Shown: positions 11,779 to 30,960 of the stretch, piece after piece | Layout of the letters: each line of letters begins with the position of its first letter | Numbering within the stretch: position 1 is the first letter of the stretch | The notes under the pieces: model-generated | The model's database searches: none | What the model was told of the DNA's origin: nothing | The model's input: only the letters and a program-made list of their open reading frames with translations | Source: Schmidtea polychroa | Taxonomy: Eukaryota | Reading direction: 5' to 3' | NCBI GenBank assembly: GCA_044892525.1 | Contig: CM097885.1 | Coordinates: 620,001-684,000 of the forward strand | DNA: 64,000 nucleotides | Program-made: the position numbers and the translations under genes

Positions 11779-12075
11779 AATGCATTGTTAAAGGCTCCGA
11801 GTATGAAAAGAATGAATATATTGCAATCATTCCCAAATTTTGTTGTCGATGATTTACTCAATATTATACTTAAAGTAGTCAAAGGCAAAATTAAAATCAG
11901 TAAATCAAAAAAGCATTTATTGAGCAAACATAGGAAACCTTTATTATCTTTAGTAAATAATAAAAATCGTAAGCAAATGAGGAAAATTATATATAAACAA
12001 CAAGGTGGATTTATTGGTGCATTGATACCTCTGGCATTATCATTATTAGGTGGAGTTGTAGGAAATCAATCATAA
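11779..12075 (+). CDS. Basic Polinton protein with GG cleavage-like site and amphipathic/hydrophobic C-terminus
   Basis: KQQGGFIGALIPLALSLLGG; in-frame ATG at 11779. Confidence 0.65.
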   Translation, partial: NALLKAPSMKRMNILQSFPNFVVDDLLNIILKVVKGKIKISKSKKHLLSKHRKPLLSLVNNKNRKQMRKIIYKQQGGFIGALIPLALSLLGGVVGNQS

Positions 12076-12136
12076 ACAATGGGTGCTAATCCTTCATTGC
12101 CCGACATAAAATTTAATTTTAAATCTTCTTGTTGTA

Positions 12137-13257
<1,121 letters not shown>

Positions 13258-13261
<4 letters not shown>

Positions 13262-14274
13262 ATTTTTATACTATTTTGCCGAGCAATAGTTGTCCATTAA
13301 TTCATCCAGACAATTAAGCAACCAAATTCATCATCGAACTCCAAAACCCCATCTATTTGGATAATGACTGGGATGTTGCTCTGTTGGATTTTACATTTGT
13401 ATACAATTTATTCCCGATCTATAGCAAATCCGTTATTGAATATAATAAGAAAGTAGCAGTAACGGAATATATTAGTGTTCTTATTGATAAAGATAGTTAT
13501 AACTTGACGAGTTCATCAAAATCAAGGAAACCTATAATTTATGATGATGGTCAATATTTATACATGAATTGCTTGAATAAGCCATTCGAAATTATATTTT
13601 CTACAGTGGCTGATGCTAAACGTCTTGGATTTACTGATTTACGTAATGTATTTAATGATACAGTCAAAATAAATCTCTCTACACTTCCAAAATCTAATAA
13701 TTTAGTGGAATTCAAATTTAAGCTGTCATACATTGAAATAACAGAGCATGCATATACTTTTAAAGATAATTTATATATTACAGACCTCGAACAATTACAA
13801 ACTTATTTAGGTGACAATTGTAGCGATATTTTAACAGTTTTTGAGCTTCAAAAAGATAAAGTATTTAGATTTAGTATAAATTCTAATCTTAGTCAAGTTA
13901 AATTTGACTCAAATTTGGCAAAAACATTAGGATTGACTAAACCAGTATGTACACAAAATGAACAAATTTGTGAAGGAACAAACAAACCGAAAATCCTTAA
14001 ACATCATCAGCAAATGTTCATTTACAGTAATATCGTGGAACCAGTTATTGTTGGCGATTCTAGTGTACCTTTAATGAAATCTATATGGATTGAAAAACAT
14101 GATCAAGATGAAGTTGTACAAATCAATGTAGAAAATCCCATGTATCTACCTGTTTCAACATCTTGTATAAACAATATAGAAATAAATATAAGAGATGATT
14201 CTGGTCAATTAATCTAATTTCCAAAAGGCTCAAAAACTCATTTGACATTACATTTTCGTAAAATAAATGGCTAA
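13258..14274 (+). pseudogene. Minor capsid protein (penton), two in-frame stops
   Basis: N-terminal FYTILPSNS..WDVAL; C-terminal FIYSNIVEP..VGD..PL..YLPV..IEINIRD..G..LHFR. Confidence 0.85.
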
Positions 14275-14635
14275 TTCTGATATTATTAGTATGTATAGTG
14301 GTAGCCAATCTGGTGGTGAATTACCATATTTTATTGGTAAACAGTACGGATCAGGATGGTTGAGAACAATTGGTAGATTTGCATTGCCTATTCTTAAACG
14401 TATTGGTAGTTTTGGTATGAAAACTGCAAAAGATGTTATTATGAATGAACAGAAAATATTACCATCTCTAAAAACAAATGCTTTAGCAGAATTAGGGAAA
14501 GTTTTACCCGGGGTTGCAGGTATGTTTCAAAAAGAAAAACCTCCAGCTCCAGCTCCAGCTCCAAAACGTAAAAGACATGGAATATCACGTATAAACAAAC
14601 GAATGAAAGGACATGGAACTATATTTGCAAAATGA
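14267..14635 (+). CDS. Conserved small Polinton virion protein (Gly motif plus amphipathic helix)
   Basis: QSGG..PYF.GKQYGSGWLRTIGRFALPILK; lies between penton and MCP. Confidence 0.75.
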   Translation: MANSDIISMYSGSQSGGELPYFIGKQYGSGWLRTIGRFALPILKRIGSFGMKTAKDVIMNEQKILPSLKTNALAELGKVLPGVAGMFQKEKPPAPAPAPKRKRHGISRINKRMKGHGTIFAK

Positions 14636-15855
14636 TTTGTGGTAAATCCGAATTATGTATATTTGATAGACCGTCGCCCCAGGCTGTAATAGAATTTGGG
14701 GCATTTGAGGAAGTTTTTCCTATGAATTCAATTACCGATAGTAGAAATGATATCGAGTTTTATATTAATGGTTCACAAACCGAATATTTAGATTTGAACG
14801 ATACTTTATTGACTGTTCAGATTAAGGTTGTAGATAAAGATAGAAAAGTTTTGGATGCCAATGCAGATGTAATACCGAACAATTTCCTGTTTCATACTCT
14901 TTTTAAAGATGCAGTGTTGGGATTTAATAATATTAAGATTGAGGGCGGAAATAATACATTCATTCACAAGGCATTAATAGAAACTATTTTAAATTACAAT
15001 TCCGATACTAAAAATACCTGTCTTACACCTATGGGCTATGCAGCAGCAGATGATGAAAGAAAAAAGTGGGTAAAAGGCTCAAAGGTTTTCACCATGTGCT
15101 CATCGTTACAACTTGATTTTATGGATCAACCGAAATATTTACTACCGGGGGTTAATGTACATATTAGACTGAAAAGGTCTGATTCTGCATTATCTCTTAC
15201 TAGTGCAACTACTACACCAATATGTCAATTAGTTGATGCAAAATTATTGGTGAGAAGAGTTCGAGTAGACCCCTCAGTATTAGCAGGTCATCAATTGGGT
15301 CTTAATTCAAAACATGCAATTTATCCATTAAAAACAAAGGAAATTGTACAATTTGCTATTGCTAAAGGTGCTTCATCATTCTATAAAGAACAAATATTTG
15401 GTGACAGAAGAATGCCTAATTTTATTCTGATAACATTTCAAAGTGAAGCACAATATAATGGATCATATACTGCGTCCAGCTCAATTTTCAAAAACTTTGG
15501 TGTTACATCATTGACTTTGTCGAAAAATACTGATTATAGAGAAACATATATTCAAGATTTCGAGAATGACAATTACTGCGCGACATATATGCAGAGTATT
15601 GTTAGAAATATGGGTTATTTAGATAAAAATTTGAATTGCGGAATAACACTAGAAGATTTTAAAAGCAAATACCCATTTTTTACATTTGTTTTAGCCCCTG
15701 ATTTTGATTTAAATCAAAGTCAATTACCTCAAAATGGAAATTTACGACTGGATATAAAGTTTGCAAAAGCTATTACTGAACCAGTACATCTTATAATATA
15801 TGGAGTATTTGAAAATGAAGTTCAAATTACTGCAAATAGAACAGTGTTGGTATAA
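14632..15855 (+). CDS. Major capsid protein (double jelly-roll), intact 407 aa
   Basis: KSELCIF, YLDLNDT, QPKYLLPGV, GNLRLDIKFA motifs typical of Polinton MCP. Confidence 0.92.
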   Translation: MICGKSELCIFDRPSPQAVIEFGAFEEVFPMNSITDSRNDIEFYINGSQTEYLDLNDTLLTVQIKVVDKDRKVLDANADVIPNNFLFHTLFKDAVLGFNNIKIEGGNNTFIHKALIETILNYNSDTKNTCLTPMGYAAADDERKKWVKGSKVFTMCSSLQLDFMDQPKYLLPGVNVHIRLKRSDSALSLTSATTTPICQLVDAKLLVRRVRVDPSVLAGHQLGLNSKHAIYPLKTKEIVQFAIAKGASSFYKEQIFGDRRMPNFILITFQSEAQYNGSYTASSSIFKNFGVTSLTLSKNTDYRETYIQDFENDNYCATYMQSIVRNMGYLDKNLNCGITLEDFKSKYPFFTFVLAPDFDLNQSQLPQNGNLRLDIKFAKAITEPVHLIIYGVFENEVQITANRTVLV

Positions 15856-15899
15856 ATGTATACAGAAACATAAAAAGTTATCATGGAGTAAGTTGTTTT

Positions 15900-16266
15900 T
15901 ATACTCTGGATTTATTTAAATAGTTCTGTTCAGGTCAATAAAATCGGAAAACAGATATTGGGAAATGAATTTGTTGGAGTTTTTCCTCTTGATAAAATTC
16001 CATATTTGAGCAATAATCAAGCAATAATCGTCAATACTCAATAGTCTCATCTTGGTGGAGAACATTGGATAGCTATATATGTGAAATCTGGTAATATATT
16101 CGTGTTCGATCCTATGGGTTTTTATTACCCAGCTTTGTTGATATCAAAACTACAAACAATGGGGAAACCTATTGTGTATAATAAAACTATTTTTCAAAAT
16201 CCCTTGACCCAAACATGTGGTCAACATTGTTTAGCTTGGTTATTGTACAAAAAATTTGATGTTTAA
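15900..16266 (+). pseudogene. Adenain-like cysteine maturation protease, one stop at ~16041, start uncertain
   Basis: FVGVFPLD..IVNT..GEHWIA..FDPMG..Q..TCGQHC. Confidence 0.88.
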
Positions 16267-16731
16267 TAAAATTTTATGTATCCTTTCCTTTGTTGTTGTG
16301 ATTATTATTATTATTAATATTATTATTATTAATATTATTAATATTATTATTAATATTATTAATATTATTATTATTATTAATATTATTATTATTGTGAAAA
16401 ATATTATTATTTTTAATTAATTTTATTATTATTCGAATAAATATTATTATTTGTAACATAAAGACTGCCTTTGCCTGAAGCATGCACAGTGCAAGTTAAC
16501 AAAGGCATGACTAACAAAGACAGTCACATGTAATTTTGAGTGATTTACATTACATACATGCATGCGTGTGATTGGTTGAGAGAGTAAAATATTCAATGTA
16601 TATGTGTGTGTGTCTATATTCTCATTGGCTGGGACAGGAAAATATTCATTCTCTTTATAAACATTGACAAATCTAAAATTTGTCACAATTATTTTGAAAT
16701 TTTGAAAATCAATTTGAAAAAAAAAACCAAA

Positions 16732-20913
<4,182 letters not shown>

Positions 20914-20940
20914 AGACTAATTTTCATAAATGATTTAATA

Positions 20941-21376
20941 ATGTTAGCAAATATAAATTATCGAGGAAATTTTGATGTATCGAATATGAGGTTCCCACCA
21001 GGGAAACCCCAGCAAATTATCGATAGAAGTGGGAAATATCCGATAATATTTTTCAAGACTGGTAAATGCCGAATCATGGGATGTAAGAAACCTTTGGATA
21101 TTAATAAATTACAATATCGAATAAATAATATTACAATCCAATCAATTACCGTTACTATGGATATGGGACATAGTATCAATCTATATAACGTCGAAAAAAT
21201 GTGATTGTATGTTTGAACCGGAATTGTTTCCGGCACTAAGACTATTAAAATATAACCCTATATGTGTCAACGTGTTTGCTAGTGGAAAGGTTGTCATGTT
21301 GGGGTTGAGAAATTTGGAGTATAGAGAATTTGTTGACAATGTTCGAAATGAGATAATTTCATTGGTCGATTTCTAA
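20941..21376 (+). pseudogene. Second TBP-like copy, 2-nt deletion frameshift at ~21189
   Basis: tataacgtcg versus tataacatgtcg in the left copy. Confidence 0.88.
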
Positions 21377-21452
21377 TTGGTTAATTTCTTATTGGTTATT
21401 GATTGATTTAAACAAACGGTTTTTGTTTAGAATTCATTTTTTTTTCAACATC

Positions 21453-21867
21453 ATGTACAAATTACCAAGCTCTGCAAACCTCATGAAGGATATCGACGAT
21501 TACGGTAAATTTTAAATTTTTATTTTCACATTATTTACTATTTATTATTTTAGAAAAATATTTAGATGTAATGATCAATACACTCAAATACTATTATCCT
21601 CAAATTATTGAAATCATCAAGGATCGAGAAGCAGAAATAATTCCGGACCTCATTTTCTACTCAACCCAAATAAGAATTATGGAGGTATTCCATCAATTCT
21701 TATGGGATATAAAGATTAACAGAACAGTGAAAGAAATGAAGCCGGAATATCAATGTATGTTCGGATGTTCCTGCTGTGCCGATCGATATCGGCGATATGT
21801 GGAATGGGAGTTAGTGAAAACTCTGAGAAGGTTTCACTACTCCCGGATTGTAGATAAATATCAATAA
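21453..21867 (+). CDS. Mirror copy of the 2-exon hypothetical protein
   Basis: One residue difference (Y/C) from the left copy in the ORF track. Confidence 0.7.
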
Positions 21868-21914
21868 ATGTATTTTTGTATTGAGTTTTTTTTTATATTT
21901 GAAGTAGAATTAGA

Positions 21915-21948
<34 letters not shown>

Positions 21949-22155
21949 TAAATAATAGAATTAGAAATAATAATAATAGAAATAATGATAGTAATAATAA
22001 AACATTAATAATATGTACATTAATAGAACATAAATGCAGCATTAATGCAAATGAAATGCAAATTTAAACAAAGACATACTGTAATCTGATTGGTTGATAG
22101 GCATGAGTCAAAGGTATAAAAACCCTGTAACATTTAAATTTATTCATTATTCACG

Positions 22156-22566
22156 ATGACCAAGAAAATTTCAAGCACCGAAAAACCTAAAGAAATGGTA
22201 CAACCAGTTCAAATGTTCCACAACTACAAAATGTATTTTATGAAAGAAGAAATCAATATGAAATTGGTTGCACCAGTCAAGCTAATTCCGACTAAATTCG
22301 AATTCTTATCCGGCACGCTTTCAATGATTGATGTCAAAACTATTGATGATGTTTTTAAACGGATAGATTCGAATCTATCGTGTAATCAACATGCATGGTT
22401 CAACAATAGATATGCAAGATTTTATGATGCTTTTGATGAAATCAGTTTCAAAGAAAATGAAAATTGGTATATAACAATAGCAATCCAGGGATATAAAGTT
22501 GATAATAATGATGTATATTCTCCTATTTGGAAAATTATGTCTGCTAGACTTTCACAAATATTTTAA
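22156..22566 (+). CDS. Mirror copy of putative ssDNA-binding protein
   Basis: One residue difference (L/M) from 9180-9590. Confidence 0.5.
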   Translation: MTKKISSTEKPKEMVQPVQMFHNYKMYFMKEEINMKLVAPVKLIPTKFEFLSGTLSMIDVKTIDDVFKRIDSNLSCNQHAWFNNRYARFYDAFDEISFKENENWYITIAIQGYKVDNNDVYSPIWKIMSARLSQIF

Positions 22567-22692
22567 TGTTATATTTAATAAATGTATTAGTCAGATTTGT
22601 TTTTCTCTTTATTAATTGCAACATAAATGCAAATGACATGCAAATTTAACAAAGAAAATCTATAAACAAAATTATAATATAGTTTTAAAGTG

Positions 22693-23090
22693 ATGAAAAT
22701 GACTGCAGAAAAAGGTTAACATGATTAATTAATTACCGAATTATTTATTATTTAGAATTTTTAATCAACTTTTTGTGGGAAAAGTTAGCAGAAATATCTG
22801 GTGTGAAAATTGAGGACATATTATCTATTACAAATGCCTTAAATATCGGCTGGTTAGTTGAGAGTCAAGATACAGGATTTGATGTTGAGGAAGAAACTCA
22901 AGAAACCGATACTCAAGAAATTGATGAGGAAATCTATGAACCTATAGATGAACCTATAGAGGAACCTATAGAGGAACCTATAGAGGAACCTAAAGATGAA
23001 TCTAAAGATAATATTACGAATGATTGTATTGATCATGTCGTTGAAAATATAATGAAATGTGGAGATGACGACTGCGAATGTGTTAATTAA
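22693..23090 (+). CDS. Mirror copy of acidic protein (exons 22693-22714, 22756-23090)
   Basis: 41-nt GT-AG intron, in frame. Confidence 0.65.
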
Positions 23091-23173
23091 TAAATCTTAG
23101 TTAATTAGTGTTTGTAAATTTATTTAAAATGTTATTTAAAAATTTATTTAAAAATCAAACAAAAATAACTATA

Positions 23174-23694
23174 TTAATTTTTATTTAAAAATCTGGTTAA
23201 AATATACAAAATAGCAACACCTGTTGCAAGTTTTACATAGTTTTTAAATTTTCTTTTCTGATCATCAATTTCCTTCGCATTTCTGGCGAGTTGATTGAGT
23301 ACTCCCCATCCGCCATTGGCTTCAATCCATGGTTGAAACTTTGACTTGATTATCTAGAAAATAAATATTAATAAAATATAAATTATAAAAGTATTACTTC
23401 TTGAGACCACTGATAATAGTGCTCTGAGTCCCATAGACTTCTTTGGATTATTATTTTCATATAAGCGAACCCTACTAGTATTCGGGTCCACTTCATCTGA
23501 TCGTCGCATAGACAGTTAAAAATTCTATTAAAATAGAATTTTTTGGTTTCGAGACAATCAGAATTGATCACATCTTCATAATCAATGTGATTACCTTCTA
23601 TAATCTTTTCGGTCCGATCGACCAGGAAACATAGGCTTTCCATAATATTCCTGTTGACGAGTTCTCTTAAAAGATTTTCCATAAATTGAGACAT
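23174..23694 (-). CDS. Mirror copy of viral Bcl-2 (intron 23354-23397)
   Basis: Exon 1 translation identical; exon 2 mirrored. Confidence 0.88.
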
Positions 23695-23799
23695 TTTTAC
23701 AATAATTTAAAATATGATGTTTTATTTATACTAATACCGGATGATTTTGATTGGTTGATAGACTATAAATGTAAAAGAAAGGTTTTGATTTGATACACC

Positions 23800-24297
23800 A
23801 TGAAAACTATATTCATATTGCTAATTATTATAACGAGTGTGTGCTCACACAATACAACAATAACAGTGGAGTCTTTTAATTAATCAATATGTGTTTGTCC
23901 GAATACAGCCAAGTTGATGGATATTTTATATATTCTGGACAAACCAAAATGGTCAAAGCATCCAGGAAAAAGAATATCTCAAAGATTGGAGAATTTAGAA
24001 AACAGTTATGAACTATCATTTGAATATATACAAAATATAAAATTTGAATTGATTGATCATATTAAGGTTTTCAATAACTCTATTGTTGAAAATAAAATGA
24101 ATATGAAAATAATTGATAAGAAGCATGATTATTTGTTAAAAAAGATTGAATTATTATTAAGAAAAATTCAAACAATCAAAGGATCAATAGAATCTCTGAA
24201 AATCAATTCTACGTTACCAATTTCAAACAATATTGCTGCGAATAGTACATCAATATTTAGTTTACCTTTGGTAATTTTACATTATTTTATTGTTTAA
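23800..24297 (+). pseudogene. Mirror copy of signal-peptide/GPI-like protein, same stop at codon 28
   Basis: ATG 23800; TAA 23881-23883. Confidence 0.6.
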
Positions 24298-24414
24298 ATA
24301 AATGTATGTTTTGTTGATTTGTTGAGCGTGACCAGTACCCTTGTGAGCATTACCCATAGGGGGACAAAATATTTTGTCGGATAGACTAGGAGTATATAGA
24401 CTCAGAGTATATAG

Positions 24415-24490
<76 letters not shown>

Positions 24491-25574
24491 TTAATAATAA
24501 TAATAATATATAGCTCATTCGAATTTTCGTTGGCGGGAACTTTGAACAAATTAAAAATAAAATAATATTTTTAAAAATAATAATAAAAATAATAATATTT
24601 TTTAAAAATAATAATATGACCTTGATGACTCATCGCGATGACTCATATGGCCTTGGGAATGACCTTGGAAATTTTGATGAGTCATCGGATGAGTCATATG
24701 ACCTCGAAAAATTCGATGAGTCATAGTATGACTCATATGGCCTTGAAAATGACCTTGATGAGCCATGGGATGAGTCAGGTGACCTTAAGGAAATTTTTCC
24801 AAGGACATATGACTCATACTATGACTCATGTGACCTTGAAATTGTCCTTGAAGAGTCATAGGATGAGTCAGATGCCCTTGAAAATTTTTTTCACGGTCAT
24901 ACGAGTCATAGTATGAGTCATATGACCTTGAAAATGACCTTGATGAGTCACATTATGAGTCATGGTCTTTGTTTAAATGATCTTAAAAATTTTGATGACT
25001 CAGACTATGAGTCATATGGCCTTGGGAAAAAATTTTCATGGGCACATGAGTCATAGTATGAGTCATATGACCTTGAAAATGACCTTGATGAGCCATAGAC
25101 TTTGTTTAAACGACCTTAAAAAATTTTTTTGACCTTGATGAGTCATATTATGAGTCATACGCCCTTGAAAATGGCCTTGATGAGTCATAGGATGAGTCAT
25201 GGTCTTTGTTTAAATGCCCTTGAGAAATTTGATGAGTCATACTATGAGTCATGGTCTTTGTTTCAATGACCTTGATGAGTCATATGTCTTTGTTTAAAAA
25301 ATGTACTTTTAAACTTAGCATATTTTTGAAAAATATGACGACCGGGGCGGGGGGTACTGTGCTAACGGTGCCCTGTGCCAGCGGCGCCCAATCCATCTAT
25401 TATAATAATAATAATATATCAACCAAATACTATACAACACATAAAAAATTAACTAAACACATAAAAATAACTAGACACATAACAAAACATATAAACATTA
25501 ACTAGACACATAAAAAACATAAAAATTTACCAAACAAATAACAAATGTATATATATAAACTTTTATTTAATAAA

Positions 25575-26560
25575 ATTAGTCCTCATCAGACAAAATAACG
25601 TCATCGATATCGATATCATCTTCTCCAAAATCTTCTCCAACATCTTCAATAAGTTCTTCCTCATATTCTCCAACATTTTCATCAAATTCATCTCCATCAA
25701 TTTCTCCAACATTTTCTCCAATATTTAATTCACTTAATCTTACATGCCCATTTTTTCAGCAGCTTCAGGGAAATCATCCAACTTCTCATTTCGCTCAGAA
25801 TAAATTACAAAATCAACTTCAAGAGTGTATCCATAAGACAACGAATCAAGATTTAAATTCCTACATTCATCCATTATTAAATCAAATCCATCGAGAACCC
25901 AACTAAATTCACCACAAGGTAATGATTGACTTAAAGCCCAACCATATAGATTATTAATATCTATATAAAGTAACTCAGTGTTCTCATCGGTTTTTACGTA
26001 ATGCTAATTCACAAAAGTAATACCGCCTCTTATTCCACCCTCATAAAAGCTAAACATTTCGTTTTCAGTTATGAGCTCAATTGGTTCATTTAAAGACATT
26101 AATGCCGAAGACCAAGACATACCTGGAATTCCGAAAAAATTCAATGGTTCCAATCTATTGTGAGCAATAGATTTCAACCGAAACTGATGAAAGAAATCAG
26201 CCAAAAGAAAACAATCAAGTTTTAAGTAGATCATCATATAATCTAATAAAATTAGGCAATTAGTTTCTACCCAAATCTCCTGAGCTTTTTCATACTAAAG
26301 CTCAGTAACACCCTCCCAGATTGGTGGTAATTCATAAGTAGTTTGGAGAATATCTAAAGATGTAGCGAAATTATAAGGGAAGATTCCTTTTTCAGAAACT
26401 ATAGTGCCAGAAAAAACAGAATTAGTAAAAGGCAAAGAATTCAAAGTTTTGACTGCTTTAGCTAAAGAATCATTAACAAATTGATAAGAATCAATGAATT
26501 GATAAGAATCAAAGAAATAAATTTTTCAGTCGTTATTGGGATGCAACCTAAAGTCCAAAA
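25575..26560 (-). pseudogene. Family-B pPolB central fragment (Exo III, motif A) fused to its acidic C-terminal tail
   Basis: KGIFPY, YLKLDCFLLADFF, GIRGGI, LYIDINNLYGWA, GYTLEVD. Confidence 0.85.
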
Positions 26561-26912
26561 CATGGATATTTTGTGCGATAAATTTATGAATATTGGTTAA
26601 TTTTGTTATTTTTAGTCATTTAAAATAATATTTAGCAAAGGTAATTTAGCAAAATATCGTTGAAGGATTTATCCACCCGATAACAATATTCCTTCAATAG
26701 ATTAACTGATATTCAACCTATTTAATTTCTGGAAATATAATTAAAATCATAAATTTCCTTCAATAAAGTTAAATCAAAAACGCAAGAGACGCTCAAGCAA
26801 ATCAAGAATTAAAAAATAAACACATTGCAGAAACAGAATTTATATAAAGTCAAACCCTGACTCCTCCAACAGATTCAAGTCTAAATAAAATTCAATCAAA
26901 AGCAATAACACT

Positions 26913-27103
26913 AGTAAGTAGGACTCCAACCCACTTTCAAGGTCATGAAATATGTCCAGATCAAATATAGGTCAATTGAATCATTTATTTTTAAATTAAC
27001 ATTTTATTTATTTACTTCTTTTTAATTTTTTCTTTTTAATTATATCAATTAATTATTTTCTTAGTTTATTAATATTTTATTTTAATTACTTACGCTATTT
27101 AAA

Positions 27104-27146
<43 letters not shown>

Positions 27147-29500
27147 TATTTTATTTATTTCTTTATTTTTTCTTAAATTTTACATTTACATTATATTCTA
27201 ACAAGAGAGTTAATTATAACAATAATATTTCAATTTGTATAAAATTTTAATTAGTAATTATTCAATTTGAATAAAATATTTATTAGAAATTATTTAATTT
27301 ATTATAAAATAAAACGCTGTGTTAATTTTAAATAAACTGGATATTAATTTTTTGGAAAAAATAAATAAATAAAATAGTCTAAAAGGTTAAATTATGGTCT
27401 AAAATTTAAAATTTAAAAATTGAAAATTGAAAATTAAAAACTAAACTAATCAAACTAAATCAAACGCTATTACCTTAATTCAAGAATTCACTAAAGTAGA
27501 TCAGAAGATATTAATTATCAAAATGTAACAAAGACTCTGAAATTCATCAAATTTCATCTAATGACCTGGTGATATTCAATACCATTCTCAAGAATGCTAA
27601 AGTCGAAAATTCTTTGAATTTAACAAATAAATAAAAAAAATTATTGTTGATTATAGTTTATCATTAATTATTTTTTTGTTAGGGGTTGTAACGAAAATAC
27701 TTTGACAACACAAGATTTTTAAATTTATTAACAAAAAGTTGGAATAATAGTCAGTAATTGAGAATTGAAATTTTTTAATGAAAATCTTTAATAGAAATGT
27801 TTTAAGATAATTTTTAATGAAAATTTTAATGGAATAATTTTCAAAGAAATTTCTTTTATAGATTAAAAATAATAATATAATTATTTCAACCAAATACTAT
27901 ACAACACATAAAAATAACTAGACACATAACAAAACATATATATATATATATTAACTAAACACATAAAAATTAACTAGACACATAAAAAACATAAAAATTA
28001 CCAAACAAATAAAAAGAACAAATGTAAAGATATAAACTTTTATTTAATAAAATCAGTCTTCATCAATATCAATATCATTTTTTCCAACATCTTCTCCAAC
28101 ATTTAATTGACTTAATATTACATACCCATATGATAAACTAGTATTTTCCCCACCCAAACCCTTTTGTCATCTTTGTTAGTTAGTTATTTAATAAAATTAG
28201 TCCTCATCAGACAAAATAACGTCATCGATATCGATATCATATTCTCCAAAATCTTCTCCAACATCTTCAATAAATTATTCCTCATCTTCTCCAACATTTT
28301 CATCAAATTCATCTCCAACAATTTCTCCAACATTTTCTCCAACAATTTCTCCAACATTTTCTCCAATATTTAATTCACTTAATCCTACATGCCTATATGC
28401 AAGACTAGTATTTTTCCCCACCCAAACCCTTTTGTCATCTTTGTTAGTTAGTGCTATTTTATTATTTTTAATTGTAAAAATTTGATGATTTTTGTTTGTT
28501 AATTTTGTTTGAGGAATCGAAAAAATTTGATTAGCTTTATAACAATCCAGGTATGACTGATGTTTTATGTCACTACCTTTCAATGTTACACCTCATCACC
28601 CAACAAGCTATAACACTTGGGTCTAAGAAAAACCCATTCCTTATATTTAAGACCTTTATTCTCGTCTTTGAACTTTCCAATGACAGAATCAAGGTTCTTA
28701 CTATATAAGGAATGACAACTATTGTAATTGGAAGTATGTAATAAATTATCTCGAATCATTGCAGGTAAAAGAACCTCAAGTTTACAGTTAATGACTTCGA
28801 GGAAAAAAGAGTCTGTATCACCTGCAACGATATTAATTTTATTAACAAATTGATAAGAATCAATGAATCTTAAGCTTATTTTGCCTAAATGCGCAATCAA
28901 AGAAATAAATTTTTCAGTCGTGATTGGTATGCAACCTAAAGTCCAATTTTTAAATTTGTTTAAACCATATTTAAGAATATGGTGCATATCGTATCTCTTC
29001 AAGTTGTGAAATAAGATAGGCAAAATTTTATTTATTTTCCTATTTATGTTGCATGTGCTACAAGCTGCACCCAAGTATTTCCCAGTAAAATGATCGTGAT
29101 CTCTAACAGGATCGACGATACATTTCAAACAAAGGTAACAAACAGATGCACTAACAAATTGACGTTGTTCAATTTTTGTTAATTTCATCATAGGTTTGCT
29201 ACCCATTTTATAATAAAAAGGAAGAACCTTATTTAATGCTATATCCTCTATAGCACTTAAAAAACTCTCGACGCAATCTAAACCTATGAACTGTTGATAA
29301 GATTTAGATCCATCAAAGTTATTTACAAGTAAAAGACCAGAAGATATTGGCATGTGTCGTTTGAAATGAACATTATCGGAAGGTAAAATAGCCTCAAAAT
29401 CGGCATCAGCTACAAAAGGAGGAGTTACTGTTTTCGACCAGTCAGTAAACTGTAATAATTTATTTTGAGGGAAGGTGTAAAGAGTTGTTCTTAACTGATT
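26913..29500 (-). mobile_element. Family-B Polinton right end: terminal repeat, AT-rich spacer and internally deleted pPolB (28180-29500)
   Basis: Terminus-like AGTAAGTAGGACTCC..TTTCAAGGTCAT..GTCCAGATCAAATATAGGTCAAT; RDHDH, AGDTDS, LRPKCY, DDKR motifs. Confidence 0.75.
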
Positions 29501-30467
29501 TTTTATGTGTTTAGTTAATGTTTATATGTTTTGTTATGTGTCTAGTTATTTTTATGTGTTAAGTTAATTTTTATGTGTTGTATAGTATTTGGTTGAAATA
29601 ATAATATTATTATTAATCTATAAAAAAAAATTTCATTAAAAAAATTTACTTAAAAAATTAATACACTAAAATTTTCGTTGAAAATTATCTTAAAAAATTT
29701 TTATTAAAGATTTTCATTAAAAAATTTCAATTCTTAATTACTGACTATTATTCCAACTTTTTGTTAATAAATTTAAAAATCTTACTTTAATTTACTTATT
29801 ACTTTAATTAAAAAATTTGAAACTTAATTTACTTATTTCAGCCCATTGATTACCAAATATATCTATTAATTTACTTTAATTCAAAAATCTTAGCCCATAA
29901 TTTACTATATTTCAATTTTTAGACCCTTAATTTACTGTAATTCGATTTTTGAACCATCATTTACTTTAATTTTAAATTTAAGAACCATAATTTACTTTAG
30001 TTTAAAAATTTGAACCTTAATTAACTAATAAAAGTTAAATTATCATTTTCAATTAATATTTTACAAACATAAAATTACAATATTTGAAATTCTAAATATC
30101 TCTATTAACATGTTTGCAATTAATTTTAAAAATACAAAAATTTTACAAAATTTTCAAATTGAATATTAAATATTTTTTTAATTTGATAATGTTTATTCTA
30201 AATAAGATTTTCCCATGAGAAAATTCATATTTGTTTAAATGCAAAACTTTAAATTTAATTCTATAAAAAAAATTATTTTTCAAGACGTTTAAAAGCTCTA
30301 GGACAAGAAGAAAATACAGTTTAGAAAGGTAGTGAGTGAATTTCCTAATGAATTACAGAAGGGTATAGGACAAAGTTCCAGTTCTCTATTCTCAATTTAT
30401 CATCACTCAGCAGCAACATTGACAAAGTTTATCTTAAACAAGCTGCAAATTTATATATAAAATTACA

Positions 30468-30960
30468 TTTAGATTGCGTCGAGAGTTTTTTAAGTGCTAT
30501 AGAGGATATAGCATTAAATAAGGTTCTTCCTTTTTATTATAAAATGGGTAGGAAACCTATGATTAAATTAACGAAAATTGAACAACGTCAATTTGTAAGT
30601 GCATCTGTTTCTTATCTTTGTATGAAATCTATCGTTGATCCTGTTAGAGATCACGATCATTTTACGGGGAAATACTTGGGTGCAGCTTGTAGCACATGCA
30701 ACATAAATAGGAAAATAAATAAAATTTTGCCTATCGTATTTCACAACTTGAAGAGATACGATATGCACCATATTCTTAAATATGGTTTAAACAAATTTAA
30801 AAATTGGACTTTAGGTTGCATCCCAATCACGACTGAAAAATTTATTTCTTTGATTGCGCATTTAGGCAAAAGAATTGATTCTTATCAATTCATTGATGCT
30901 TATCAATTTGTTAATGATTCTTTAGCTAAAGCAGTCAAAACTTTGAATTCTTTGCCTTTA
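30468..30960 (+). pseudogene. Family-B pPolB fragment (EndoVII/Exo II), same junction to retroelement as at ~3990
   Basis: ttgccttta/cgggtaagttgtc junction repeated. Confidence 0.85.

Noticed and set aside
23881..23883. Alternative genetic code (TAA read as Gln) to explain in-frame stops
   Set aside because: TAA terminates MCP, Bcl-2 and other genes at expected positions, and frameshifts also occur, so decay is the simpler explanation
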